64,000 nucleotides of DNA, taken from NCBI GenBank assembly GCA_965213705.1, contig OZ243913.1, forward strand, positions 2,208,001-2,272,000. The letters run 5' to 3'. The notes below the pieces were generated by a model. The model saw nothing but the letters and a program-made list of their open reading frames with translations, had not been told where the DNA came from and ran no database searches. The stretch comes from Trueperaceae bacterium. GTDB taxonomy: Bacteria > Deinococcota > Deinococci > Deinococcales > Trueperaceae. This document shows positions 10,113 through 19,981 of this stretch, in pieces; positions within the stretch are counted from its first letter, which is position 1; each line of letters opens with the position of its first letter. The position numbers and the translations under genes were made by a program.

Positions 10113-10490
10113 TTACGTCCCGACCAAGTTTCTAACTGCAGCTACATACCTCTCGACGTCAGTTACCAAGGCTCCGGCGTCAAGTTCTGGTGCTTCAACG
10201 TCTCCGTAGGCGGCTGCTTTCCGTGCAACGTTGAGATTTCGCATAAGGGTCGCAACGTTGGGTAAGCCATATTTTTTGTGAAGCTCTTCAGCGTATTTTG
10301 CTTTCTCACCGTGCTGACGCGTTTGCGGAAATCCTGAATGGCTTGCAGCCGTCATGACGGCGGCCTCGAGGCAGTACAGACCGAAACTTGCCAAAATTGC
10401 CCAGTCGATTGGGTCGTTCCCAGCACTTTGCACACGCTTCAAGTGCTCTTCAGCCAACCTCAGATAATCCTCTGGAGCTTGCTCCGCCAT
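10113..10490 (-). CDS. HEPN-like helical protein
   Basis: EDYLRLAEEHL...LEAAV...TRQH...ARKAAAYG; 125 aa; directly upstream of the MNT gene. Confidence 0.65.
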   Translation of the reverse strand: MAEQAPEDYLRLAEEHLKRVQSAGNDPIDWAILASFGLYCLEAAVMTAASHSGFPQTRQHGEKAKYAEELHKKYGLPNVATLMRNLNVARKAAAYGDVEAPELDAGALVTDVERYVAAVRNLVGT

Positions 10491-10543
10491 TTGTCAAGTT
10501 TAGCACGTAGCAAATCCCGGTTTGGAAAGCGTTATTTGAGTTC

Positions 10544-10591
10544 AGGCTCGAGACGGGCGAGGTGGGGCGGGTCAAGGAGATTCTGGGGTGA
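10544..10591 (+). repeat. 48-bp direct repeat copy 2 (duplicated ywbE 3' end)
   Basis: aggctcgagacgggcgaggtggggcgggtcaaggagattctggggtga. Confidence 0.9.
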
Positions 10592-10632
10592 GGCGCGGGC
10601 CGTGCTAAAATGTAGGTGTCTCGAGGTGAACC

Positions 10633-10875
10633 GTGCAAACCAAACTCACGCTGAGGTTGGAAAAGGCGCTCGTCGAAAAAGCGAAATTGTACGCTGAACA
10701 AAGCGGTAAATCGGTTTCGCAGATGGTGGCAGATTATTTTTCGACACTGGACGAAGATGTGTCCACTGAGCTTTCCGACCTGCCCCCGATAACGCGCTCT
10801 TTAAGTGGAATTTTGAAAAATACGAGTGTGACCGAGCAAGATTACTATGACTACCTGGAAACAAAACATCTTTAA
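10633..10875 (+). CDS. DUF6364-like RHH antitoxin, no adjacent toxin
   Basis: MQTKLTLRLEKALVEKAKLYA..GKSVSQMVADYF...YLETKHL. Confidence 0.8.
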   Translation: MQTKLTLRLEKALVEKAKLYAEQSGKSVSQMVADYFSTLDEDVSTELSDLPPITRSLSGILKNTSVTEQDYYDYLETKHL

Positions 10876-11210
10876 GAATTCTTTTTAATTTCGAGGCGAG
10901 CTGACTTTTTCCTTATTTACCGTTTACTGGCCGCTTTCAAACCAGTTTTGCAACCAAACTTCAGCCGCCATAATAACGGGGTCGTCTGGTTTGCCGTACA
11001 AGGACCAGTCTATGGGCACCGTCGTATCAGGTTGAATAGCTTCGTCGTAAACATGCCTCAACCTGTCTGCGCCTAAATGTGCTTTGAGGAGTAACTCGGA
11101 ACCGTCTGCGAGGGCGTGCAAGCTGTTCGAACTCGTCAGCCCACCTGTTGGCAGGCCAAAGGTTCGGGTTTGCGGTCTACCCAGGAAAGCTATGACTATG
11201 AATTCTCCAG

Positions 11211-11989
11211 GGTAGTGGCCCACCATCAACTGACAGCAGCACGCTCAAGATTGTAGCGGACCAAGAACAGATGCAAGCAAATGAGGTGCATGTGTTCGGA
11301 CTTGGAGAAGGATAAGGTCTTTCTGACAAAGCGCGCTAGGCGTTGGCGGATAGTATTGTTAAAGCGCTCGACGTGTGCTGTAAGCCCTGAGTCTTTACCA
11401 ACAGCTTGATGCTGTTCATCGGGAACGACGGCCTGATAAGCTTCCCAGAAGTCACTAAACACCGTGCCTTGTTTATAAGCATCTGGGATGTTACGCCAAA
11501 GTTTTTGACAAGTAGCAATGCCACGTCCACCTACAACACAAGCGACCACCTGGCGTGTCTGCTTACAAAGCGCTATCCAGGCCCACCGTTTGTTACGTCT
11601 ACATCGAACAAATGACCACATCTCGTCGAGTTCGAGTTGCACCGCTTCAGGGTTCTCGGGCGTAACCAGTGTGGCGCTAAGCGGCGGTGTCGTCGCGGCT
11701 TTTTTTGAGCCATTTCGCTATTGTGGTGCGGGACACGCCGAATGTTCTGGTCAGCCCACGCATACTAGAGCGCTCCTGATACGACTTCAGTATCTCATCT
11801 TTCTTCGCTTCGCTGTACCCTTTAGTGCTCGCGTTCTCGCGACTGGACTTGCCGCACGCTCGACACAGGTACTTTTGCTTGCCGTTTGGTGCATGACCGT
11901 TCTTGACAAGCTCTTCGCTCTCGCAGTGGCAGCAACGTACAACTTTGGTGACCATTCCTTAGCTTATCAGTCTTTGCTAAACCACTACC
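11211..11989 (-). mobile_element. IS1-family insertion sequence, 779 bp
   Basis: GGTAGTGG terminal IRs; 8-bp target duplication TTCTCCAG (11203-11210, 11990-11997). Confidence 0.92.
11226..11955 (-). CDS. IS1 transposase InsAB (programmed -1 frameshift)
   Basis: InsA zinc finger/HTH 11677..11955; InsB ELDEMWSFV...ERFNNTIRQRL 11226..~11700; A7G slippery site at 11700-11706. Confidence 0.88.
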
Positions 11990-12968
11990 TTCTCCAGAAC
12001 TCGAGGTTACCTCACTGGTCAGAACGGCTACGGGTGCGTCCGGCTTTTTGAGAGGCAGAAAATCCGGTATCTTAACGATGTAGTCGCCCTTCTGCTCGTT
12101 TTGGTGAGCGCGGACTTCGACCCCGTCGAAACCCCATACCCAATCGTTCGAGTCTACGATGTCAACGAAAGACCCGTAGTCACCTATACCGAGTAAGGGC
12201 GTCAGGCCCGCGAGCATCGGCCACATATTGCCACCGTCGCAGCGTCTCAAGTCGATGATCCACGCGCTGACGCTTTCGGCTTCGAGCGCATAAAACGCCT
12301 TTCTGACCTCGCTCGCGTAGTCTAGTCCACCGGGCAACTCACCATCGCCCATGTGACCAGGTAAATCTATCAAGCCGTAACCCGCAGGTGTTTTGAAACT
12401 GTTGGGCAGGGGATTGAGCGCCGCAAAGCCCAGAGCCAAAGTAACGCGGCGCTCCTGCTGGTCGAGCGGGCTGTAAAGGGTCAGCTCATGGCCCGTTCTA
12501 TAAACGGAACGGTAATGCTCAGCCCAATTTTCGACCGTGACAGCCTCGTCACCGACCTTCAAGACTCGGTCGCCGATTTTCACCCCTTGCTTGTGGGCGG
12601 GGCCGTCGGGAAAAATGTCGATGACGGTGGGTTCACTCTGGTGCAGACGCATACCGGCATGGTCGGGGCTCGCGAACGACTCAAAGGTTTCGGGCGTGTG
12701 TAGAAAGCTGTGCCCGTCGTTGAGCAGCTCGAGCAGGTCCCGAATAGCTGTGTGCGCGTCGTCGAGCGATTCGAAAGCTCGTGCCTGCGGCAACATTTCG
12801 TCTCGGATAGTCTGCCAATCGAACTCAGCGCGTTTTATCGAATGGGCCTCGATAAAGTTTAGCGCGTCCATTACCAGCTCGAGGGGCGTGGGGTGTTGAG
12901 AGGTGAGTTGAGTCATTCTCTCCAAACTGACGAAAAGGGGTAAGCGGCAACCTCAGTGCTTCGCCTGT

Positions 12969-13145
12969 TTAGCAATCAAAGCCCGAACGTTTGCAACCAG
13001 TTCGACAGGAACCTGCACGCGTTTCTTTGACGGCAAAGGCCTCTTCGTCTTTGGTGACAGCCTCGTTCTCACTTTGGGTTTCGTAGTGGTTGATGACTTG
13101 CTTGACTTTGTCTTCGCTCCAACCGGCGGGAAGTTTGTTTTTCAT
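12969..13145 (-). pseudogene. Short antitoxin-like hypothetical, probably truncated
   Basis: MKNKLPAGWSEDKVKQVINHYETQSENEAV..DE resembles TA-associated small proteins; C-terminus looks degenerate. Confidence 0.45.
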
Positions 13146-13182
13146 CTTAATTTGAGGAAGGCTCGAGCCTCCCTCCAACCCT

Positions 13183-14493
13183 CTACCCAATATCTTTAAA
13201 CGCCTTCTCAATCAACTCACACCCCGCGTCCATGTCCTGCGCCGACACGTTCAGGTGCGGCGCAATCCGAATCACGTTCCCGTAGCGCCCACCCTTGCCG
13301 ATTAAGAGCCCGTGCTTGCGCGCCGCGTTGACGAGCGCGCCGGCCTTGGCCGGGTTGGGGTCTTTGGTTCCCGGCTCGACCATCTCGAACGCTTGCATCA
13401 AGCCCATACCACGCACGTCGCCGACGAAGTCGTATTGCTTTCCCATTTCCTCCATGCGCTCACGCAACTTCGCGCCCATCGTGGCAGCATTCTCCCAGAG
13501 CTTGTTTTTCTCGATGTAGTTAATCGTCGCGTAGGCCTGCGCCATCGACACGGGGTTGCCGCCGTAGGTCGAGAGGGTGAGGCCGTCCAGCGCTCTAGCG
13601 ACCTCCGCCGTCATGACGGTACAGCCGACCGGCGCACCGTTGGCGATGCCTTTAGCAAAGGTGATGATGTCCGGCTCGACGCCCCAGTGTTCGATGCCGC
13701 ACCAGTAGTCGCCGGTCCGGCCCCAGGCGGTCTGCACCTCGTCGATGATGAGGATTCCGCCTGCCGCGCGCACAACCGGCAAGATGCGTTTAAAGTAGTC
13801 CTTCGGCGCGACCGCGAAGCCGCCGACGCCTTGGATGGGCTCGGCCATGAAGGCGGCAATTTTTCCGCTCGTACTGGTGTCGATAAAGTCTCGCAAATCC
13901 TCGACCAAAAAGTCTAAGTATTGCTCTTCACTCATGCCGTCAGGCATCCGGTAGAGGTTGGGACTGCGCACGTGTTTGATGGCTCCGTCGAACACGCCGC
14001 CCAAGCGCCAGGTCGAGTGGGCGGTCATCGACATCATGCTCATGCTGCGGCCGCTGTAGGCGTGGCGGAGCGCAATCACGTCGGTGTTGCCCGTAAACAT
14101 ACGCGCCGCCATCACGGCGGTCTCGTCGGCCTCGGTGCCGGAGTTGGTGAAGAAGCTGTACTGGAGCTTGCCGGGGGTAAGCTCGGCGATTTTCTCGGCG
14201 ACTTTGAGGGTGATTTCGTTTAGGTAGAGCGTGCTGGTGTGGCCGGTGGTGCGCAGTTGTTCGATGGTCGCTTCGACCACCTCGTCGTTGCAGTGTCCGA
14301 CCGACACGGTGAGGATGCCGCCGAAAAAGTCCAAATATTTGTTGCCCTCGACGTCCCAGAGGTACTGGTCTTTGGCGCGCTCGACCGCTAGGGGTTCGTC
14401 GCCGTAATAGAGCATCTTGCTCTGGATGGGCGGGAGGACGCGCTTTTGGCGCTCGAGCAGTTCTTGCGTTTTGGTAGGGGTGGTGACGGCCAT
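13183..14493 (-). CDS. Class-III PLP aminotransferase (AGXT2/beta-alanine-pyruvate transaminase-like)
   Basis: YLDFFGGILTVSVGH, AEPIQGVGG, IDEVQTAWGRTG, PDIITFAKGIANG. Confidence 0.9.
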   Translation of the reverse strand: MAVTTPTKTQELLERQKRVLPPIQSKMLYYGDEPLAVERAKDQYLWDVEGNKYLDFFGGILTVSVGHCNDEVVEATIEQLRTTGHTSTLYLNEITLKVAEKIAELTPGKLQYSFFTNSGTEADETAVMAARMFTGNTDVIALRHAYSGRSMSMMSMTAHSTWRLGGVFDGAIKHVRSPNLYRMPDGMSEEQYLDFLVEDLRDFIDTSTSGKIAAFMAEPIQGVGGFAVAPKDYFKRILPVVRAAGGILIIDEVQTAWGRTGDYWCGIEHWGVEPDIITFAKGIANGAPVGCTVMTAEVARALDGLTLSTYGGNPVSMAQAYATINYIEKNKLWENAATMGAKLRERMEEMGKQYDFVGDVRGMGLMQAFEMVEPGTKDPNPAKAGALVNAARKHGLLIGKGGRYGNVIRIAPHLNVSAQDMDAGCELIEKAFKDIG

Positions 14494-14721
14494 GTTCAAC
14501 CTTTCTTTGCTGAGCTGTTCGTGTAACCTTGGCAAACAGTCTACTCCAAAGCAGGTGGTAGACGCAGCGACACACTTGTGTAGGAGGTCTGTGAGCTGGT
14601 GGTGGGCACTCTTAACACCATTGAGCCTTGCACACCGGAGCGACGCTTCACAAACGCTTCACCGTGAGCGCGCCTACTTGCAAAAGCCGCGGGCGCAACG
14701 TTACACTCGGCTCCAGACATC

Positions 14722-14750
14722 AAGTTTATACAGGTTTAAGTTTATACAGG
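14722..14750 (+). promoter_or_regulatory. 13-bp direct repeat AAGTTTATACAGG downstream of a TACACT -10 box
   Basis: Copies at 14722-14734 and 14738-14750; TACACT at 14702. Confidence 0.5.
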
Positions 14751-14785
14751 GTTTGCGGGCGCTTCGTCCGAAGAAGGGGATTACG

Positions 14786-16549
14786 ATACCTGCATTTGTC
14801 AGCTTGCCCGCCTTGCTCCAAAGCCGCAAAGACGACCCCGGTTTGGCCCAGCGGGTCAAACGCTTCGGGTTGTGGCAGCGCGTGACTTGGGCCGAGCACG
14901 TCGCAAAAGTCAACGCGCTCGCGGCCTACCTCGTCGACCAAGGTTTAAAGAAGGGCGAGAAAATTGCCGTCCTGAGCGAGAACCGGCCCGAGTGGCTGGT
15001 CAGCGACCTCGCTATCCAGTCGGCGGGCGGGGTGAGCGTCGGGGTTTACACGACGAGCAGCCCCAAGCAGGTGAAGTACGTCCTTGAGCATTCCGACGCG
15101 GTAGGCCTGATTTTAGAGAACGCCGAACAGCTCGAGAAGTGGGCGGAAATTCGCGCCAGTTTGCCGGGGGTGCGCTTCGTGCTCGCCGTAGAGCCCGAAG
15201 GCTACGACGAGGTTCGGACCTTCCAGGACGCGTTGGCGACGGGCTCCAAGCTTTACCAGCAGAACCCGGACGCCGTTCAGGACCGCGTCGCCACCCTCGC
15301 CGAAGACGATACCGCCCTGATCATGTACACCTCCGGCACCACGGGCGACCCCAAGGGGGTCATGCTGAGTCACGGCAACCTGGCGTGGCTGGTCGACACC
15401 CTCATAACGACGCTTGATTACACGGCCGAGGACGAGATTGTGTCCTACTTGCCGCTGTCGCACATCGTCGAGCGGGGTGGCAGCTACGCGCACCTCAAGG
15501 CGGGCTACGTCATCAACTTCGTCGAGAACCTGGATACCTTCGCCCAGAACTTGCAAGAGATTCGCCCGACGGTGCTGTTCGCCGTGCCGCGCATCTGGGA
15601 AAAGATGCACTCGCTGGTCGAGCTTCACATGCGCGAGAACCACTTTTTCAAGCGCGCCGTGTACGACTGGGCCATGCGGGCGGTCGGGGGCCGGTTGGGG
15701 GGAAGTAAGCAGGGCGGCGGGACGAGCGCCGCCGCACCCATCGCCCACCTCACCGTCGTGCGCTGGCTCAAGCAGCGGCTCGGTTTGGACCGGCTGCGCG
15801 TCGCTATTTCGGGGGCCGCGCCCATCAGCCCGCAGATTTTGGGTTACTTTCGCGCGCTGGGCGTCGACCTGCGCGAGGGCTACGGCATGACCGAGAACGC
15901 GGGCGTCGCCAGCATCCACCAGGAGGTGTTCAAGTACGGCACCGTCGGCACGCCCTTTCCCGGCGTGGAGCTAAAAATAGCGCCCGACGGCGAAGTCTTG
16001 ACCCGGTCGGGCGGCACCTTCCAGGGTTACTACAAAGACGCCGCGGCGACCACCGCGACGATGCACGGCGACTGGCTCCTCACGGGCGACGTCGGCGTGT
16101 TGGACGAGGACGGACACCTGCGCATCACTGACCGCAAAAAAGACATCATCATCACCGCGGGCGGCAAAAACATCGCGCCGCAAAAAATCGAGAACCTGCT
16201 CAAAGCTTCCGTCTTTGTCAACGACGCTGTCGTCATCGGCGACAAGCGCAAGTATCTGGTGGCGCTCCTTGTCTTGGATGAGGACAACATCACCACCTGG
16301 GCGCGCGACCACCAAATCACCTACACGACCTACAGCGACTTAGCCACGCACGAGGCGGTCGAAAAGTTGCTCGAGGCCGAGGTCGCCGCGGCGAACAAGC
16401 AACTCGCGCGGGTCGAGACCGTCAAGCGTTTCGCCGTCTTGCCCAAGCGCCTCCACTTTGAAGACGGCGAGGTCACCGCGACCCTGAAGGTCAAGCGCTC
16501 CGCGGTCGCCAACAAGTACGCTGGGCTGATAGAGGGGCTGTACCGGTGA
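14786..16549 (+). CDS. Long-chain acyl-CoA synthetase (AMP-binding); start codon uncertain
   Basis: YTSGTTGDPKG, EGYGMTE, TGDVG, DRKKD, GGKNIAP. Confidence 0.9.
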   Translation: MPAFVSLPALLQSRKDDPGLAQRVKRFGLWQRVTWAEHVAKVNALAAYLVDQGLKKGEKIAVLSENRPEWLVSDLAIQSAGGVSVGVYTTSSPKQVKYVLEHSDAVGLILENAEQLEKWAEIRASLPGVRFVLAVEPEGYDEVRTFQDALATGSKLYQQNPDAVQDRVATLAEDDTALIMYTSGTTGDPKGVMLSHGNLAWLVDTLITTLDYTAEDEIVSYLPLSHIVERGGSYAHLKAGYVINFVENLDTFAQNLQEIRPTVLFAVPRIWEKMHSLVELHMRENHFFKRAVYDWAMRAVGGRLGGSKQGGGTSAAAPIAHLTVVRWLKQRLGLDRLRVAISGAAPISPQILGYFRALGVDLREGYGMTENAGVASIHQEVFKYGTVGTPFPGVELKIAPDGEVLTRSGGTFQGYYKDAAATTATMHGDWLLTGDVGVLDEDGHLRITDRKKDIIITAGGKNIAPQKIENLLKASVFVNDAVVIGDKRKYLVALLVLDEDNITTWARDHQITYTTYSDLATHEAVEKLLEAEVAAANKQLARVETVKRFAVLPKRLHFEDGEVTATLKVKRSAVANKYAGLIEGLYR

Positions 16550-17523
16550 TCCTGCGCGAACGCTTCGAGCAGGACCTGGCGCACATCGAATACCGGCACG
16601 GGCGGGCGCTGTTCGCGCTGCTCCTCGGGGCTTTCGCCCTACTGCCCTTCGTCGCGCCGGGTTACATCGTCTACAACGCCACGCTGTTTTTTATCTTCGC
16701 GCTTGTGGCGGTGGCGCTCATGGTGCTGGTGGGCTTGACCGGGCAGGTATCGCTCGGGCACGCGGGCTTCTTGGCGGCGGGGGCGTACACGACGGCGGTG
16801 CTGGTGGGGTTGGGCTGGCCCTTTTTGCTGGCGTTGCTGGCGGCGATAGCTGTGAGCGGCCTGTTGGGCCTCGTCATCGGGGTGCCTTCGTTGCGGCTCG
16901 AGGGCCCTTACCTCGCCATCGCCACGCTGGGCTTCGGGCTCGCCATCCAGCAGGTCTTGAACAATTGGAGGTTCGTGGGCGCCTCGAGCGGCACCCTCGC
17001 CGATAGGCCCGAGCTGTTCGGCATCGACTTTTACAGGGACACGCCGTACTACTTTTTCGTCTTCGTCATCGCTCTGGTATTCATCTGGACCATGTTCAAC
17101 TTGAAACGCTCGCACGTCGGGCGCGCTTTTTTGGCGGTGCGCGACGCCGAACTCGCCGCCCAGATGAGCGGCGTGAACCTCGCCTACTACAAGACGCTCG
17201 CCTTCGTCGTCTCGGCGGGTCTGACGGGCCTGGCGGGCGGGCTCTACGGCGCGCTTTTGGGCTACATCACGCCGGAGAGTTTCAACCTGCTCCTCAGCAT
17301 CAAGTTTTTACTCATGATCGTGGTGGGCGGTCTGGGCTTTTTGCCGGGCGCGATCATCGGGGCGGGCTTTGTGACGGGCCTGGAGGTCTGGCTCTCGGCG
17401 CAGGCGAACCGTTCGCAGCTCATCTTCGGGGTGCTGGTGATTCTGCTGATGCTGCTCGAGCCCACTGGCATCTACGGGCGCTGGCAGAAAATCCGCCGCT
17501 ACTGGAACACATGGCCGATGTGA
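16546..17523 (+). CDS. Branched-chain amino acid-type ABC permease (LivM-like)
   Basis: GQVSLGHAGF, LEGPYLAIATL, GRAFLAVRD. Confidence 0.9.
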   Translation: MILRERFEQDLAHIEYRHGRALFALLLGAFALLPFVAPGYIVYNATLFFIFALVAVALMVLVGLTGQVSLGHAGFLAAGAYTTAVLVGLGWPFLLALLAAIAVSGLLGLVIGVPSLRLEGPYLAIATLGFGLAIQQVLNNWRFVGASSGTLADRPELFGIDFYRDTPYYFFVFVIALVFIWTMFNLKRSHVGRAFLAVRDAELAAQMSGVNLAYYKTLAFVVSAGLTGLAGGLYGALLGYITPESFNLLLSIKFLLMIVVGGLGFLPGAIIGAGFVTGLEVWLSAQANRSQLIFGVLVILLMLLEPTGIYGRWQKIRRYWNTWPM

Positions 17524-17632
17524 GGGGGCTGCGTTTGCGACACCTTGACAGAACAGCGTCCCAAACCAGCGAAGGGCCAGAGAGAAAAAGCCTTTCCCCT
17601 TTCTCCTTTCCCCTTTCTCCTGGGTTTTTTTG

Positions 17633-18643
17633 ATGGAGCAACTCTTACAAGCCCTGGTCAGCGGGCTCGCCACCGGCAGCATCTACGCGCTCATCGCGCT
17701 GGGGCTGGTGCTGCTTTACCGCACCACCCACATCCTCAACTTCGCCCACGGGGAACTCGGGCTGTTCGGCACCTTTTTGGCGTTCGTGTTTTTCAACGCG
17801 CTGGCGCTTCCCTACGCCCTCAGCTTCGTGCTGTCGCTCGTCGCGGCGCTGCTGCTCGGCGGTTTCGTCTCGCTGCTGATCATGAAACCCGGCAAGGTCG
17901 CGCTGAGCGCGGGCCTGGCGGTGCTGGTGGGGGCGCTCGCCTACGGGATTTTCCCCGTCCTCGTGGTCGCGGCGCTCGTCGGGGTACTGACCGGCTTGGC
18001 CGCCTACTTTTTTCTCGAAACCACCCCAAGCACGCCGGGTGAACTCGGGCTCATCATCCTGACGCTCGGGGTGAACTTGGGGTTGCAGGGGGTTTACGCA
18101 CTGACTTTCGGGACGAGCAACAAAAACTTGCCGCCCATCGTCGCCGACAGCATTTTTCGGCTCGGCGGCGCGGCGCTGAGCCGGACCTCGGTCATCACCT
18201 CGCTGGTCGGCGTGCTCATCATGGTGGCGCTGTGGCTGCTCCTCAACCGCACCAAAATCGGGCTCGCCATGCGGGCCGTGGCGCAACGCGAGGACGTGGC
18301 GAGGGCGCTGGGCATCCCGGTCAAGACGGTGCTGTTCGCCACCTGGGGCGTGTCGGCCTTGCTCGCCGCCGCCGCCGCGCTGCTGCTCGCGCCGACGACG
18401 CTGCTGTCGCCCACCATGATGTTCGACCCGCTGTCCAAAGGCTTCGTCGCCGCGGTCATCGGCGGCATGAACTCGCTGCCGGGGGCGATCCTGGGAGGGT
18501 ATATACTGGGGGTGCTCGAGCTGCTGGTCGGGGTGTACGTGTCGAACGAGTTCAAGGCCTCGTTCGCGTTCTTGGTCGTGATTCTCGTGCTGGTCTTCCG
18601 GCCCCACGGGCTTCTCGGTAAGCCGGAGGTCAGGCGTGTTTAG
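17633..18643 (+). CDS. Branched-chain amino acid-type ABC permease (LivH-like)
   Basis: GSIYALIALG, LNFAHGE, GLAMRAVA. Confidence 0.9.
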   Translation: MEQLLQALVSGLATGSIYALIALGLVLLYRTTHILNFAHGELGLFGTFLAFVFFNALALPYALSFVLSLVAALLLGGFVSLLIMKPGKVALSAGLAVLVGALAYGIFPVLVVAALVGVLTGLAAYFFLETTPSTPGELGLIILTLGVNLGLQGVYALTFGTSNKNLPPIVADSIFRLGGAALSRTSVITSLVGVLIMVALWLLLNRTKIGLAMRAVAQREDVARALGIPVKTVLFATWGVSALLAAAAALLLAPTTLLSPTMMFDPLSKGFVAAVIGGMNSLPGAILGGYILGVLELLVGVYVSNEFKASFAFLVVILVLVFRPHGLLGKPEVRRV

Positions 18644-18728
18644 TGCGCCGCACCTCCCAAGCGCACGTCTTACGAAAAAGGGTTACCGGGGCGAAAGTTC
18701 AGCCACCCCGCACCCTGAAAGGAGAAAC

Positions 18729-19907
18729 ATGAAAAAACTCGCCCTCCTACTCGCCCTGGGGATTTTCAGCCTCAGCCTCGCCCAGACGCCCGGCGTCACG
18801 GACAGCGAAATCCGCATCGGCACCTGGGGGCCGCAGTCGGGCCCGGCCGCGGCCTGGGGCACGGTCACCACGGCCATCGACGCTTACTTTCAGTGGGTCA
18901 ACGACAACGGCGGCGTCAACGGGCGCGACCTGGTGCTCGTCTCTCGCGACGACGGTTACGACCCGGCGCGCAGCGTGGCGGCGGCGCGTGAACTGAACGA
19001 CCGCGAAAACGTCTTCGCCTTTGTGGCCGGCATCGGCACCGCGCCGGGCCTGGCAGTCATGCCCATCGTGCAGCGCAACGGCATCCCCTGGGTCAGCCCG
19101 GCGACGGGCTCGGGCGAATTCGCCGAGCAGTCGGAGGGTTTGGTGTTCGCGACCTTTACCGACTACGAGGTCGAGGCGGCGCTGATGACGCGCTACGCGG
19201 CCGAAGAACTCGGCAACAGCCGTGTCGCCGTGTTCTACCAAAACGACGACTACGGCGGCGAAGGCCTCGCCGGGGTCGAGAGCGAAATAGCCAAGCTGCA
19301 AGAGGCCGGCGAGGACGTGTCCGTTGTGGACACCGTGTCTTACGAGCGCGGCGAAACCAACATGGCGGTGCAGGCGTTGCGCTTAAGCGGCAGCGGCGCC
19401 GACGCGGTCGTCATGTACAGCACGCCTGCCGCGGCGGCCGCCCTCGTCAACGAGTTCCAAAAGCTCGAGTACAGCCCGCGCATCCTGGCCTCGACCACGC
19501 TGCTCGACCCCAGCCTGCTCGCCAACCCCGGCATGCAGGGCGCGCTGCTGTCGACCTTTTTGCGACTGCCCACCGCCATCGTCGGCGAGGGTAACGGCGA
19601 CCCCATCGCCGACGACGTGCTCGCCAACATCATCGTGGCCTACGCGCCCGAAGCGGCCCAGGACCCGTTTCGCTCGCTCGCGGGCGTCGCCTTCGCACAG
19701 CCGCTCGTCGAAGGCCTGCGGGCCGCCGGCCCCGACCTGACGCGCGAGAACTTTCTCGCGGCCATGAAAACCATCAGCGGCTATGACCAGGGCATGTTCG
19801 CCAACCTCGACTTTACCGAGGGCTACCAGGGCAACAACTCCATCGTCTTGTTGCAGATGACCCCGGAGGGCTTGCGGCCCGCCTCGGACGGGTTTATCAC
19901 CTATTGA
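18729..19907 (+). CDS. Liv-type ABC substrate-binding protein
   Basis: Signal peptide, PGVTDSEIRIG, GGVNGR...DDGYDP. Confidence 0.9.
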   Translation: MKKLALLLALGIFSLSLAQTPGVTDSEIRIGTWGPQSGPAAAWGTVTTAIDAYFQWVNDNGGVNGRDLVLVSRDDGYDPARSVAAARELNDRENVFAFVAGIGTAPGLAVMPIVQRNGIPWVSPATGSGEFAEQSEGLVFATFTDYEVEAALMTRYAAEELGNSRVAVFYQNDDYGGEGLAGVESEIAKLQEAGEDVSVVDTVSYERGETNMAVQALRLSGSGADAVVMYSTPAAAAALVNEFQKLEYSPRILASTTLLDPSLLANPGMQGALLSTFLRLPTAIVGEGNGDPIADDVLANIIVAYAPEAAQDPFRSLAGVAFAQPLVEGLRAAGPDLTRENFLAAMKTISGYDQGMFANLDFTEGYQGNNSIVLLQMTPEGLRPASDGFITY

Positions 19908-19916
19908 GTCACGTGA

Positions 19917-19948
19917 GGGAGCGGAAGACCTCCGCTCCCCCTTTTTGT
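19917..19948 (+). terminator. Intrinsic terminator/stabilising hairpin after the SBP gene
   Basis: gggagcgg-aagacct-ccgctccc followed by a T-tract. Confidence 0.7.
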
Positions 19949-19981
19949 TTTTTAGGATTTTATTTTGCCAGGATTATTTCG

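Larger units (their letters stand above)
10924..12916 (-). pseudogene. S41-family peptidase (PDZ + tail-specific protease domain) disrupted by IS1
   Basis: IIDLRRCDGGNMWPM and VAVLTSEVTSSSGE before the IS. It resumes as GEFIVIAFLGRPQTRTFGLPTGG after the 8-bp duplication. Confidence 0.88.

Noticed and set aside
11822..12925. 367-aa ORF as an intact protein
   Set aside because: Chimera of the S41 N-terminal part reading into the IS1 end
14494..14700. Possible riboswitch upstream of the aminotransferase
   Set aside because: No recognisable aptamer consensus; an Rfam/Infernal scan would be needed
14417..14785. N-terminal extension of the 710-aa ORF
   Set aside because: Overlaps the divergent aminotransferase and promoter region; acyl-CoA synthetase similarity begins near 14786
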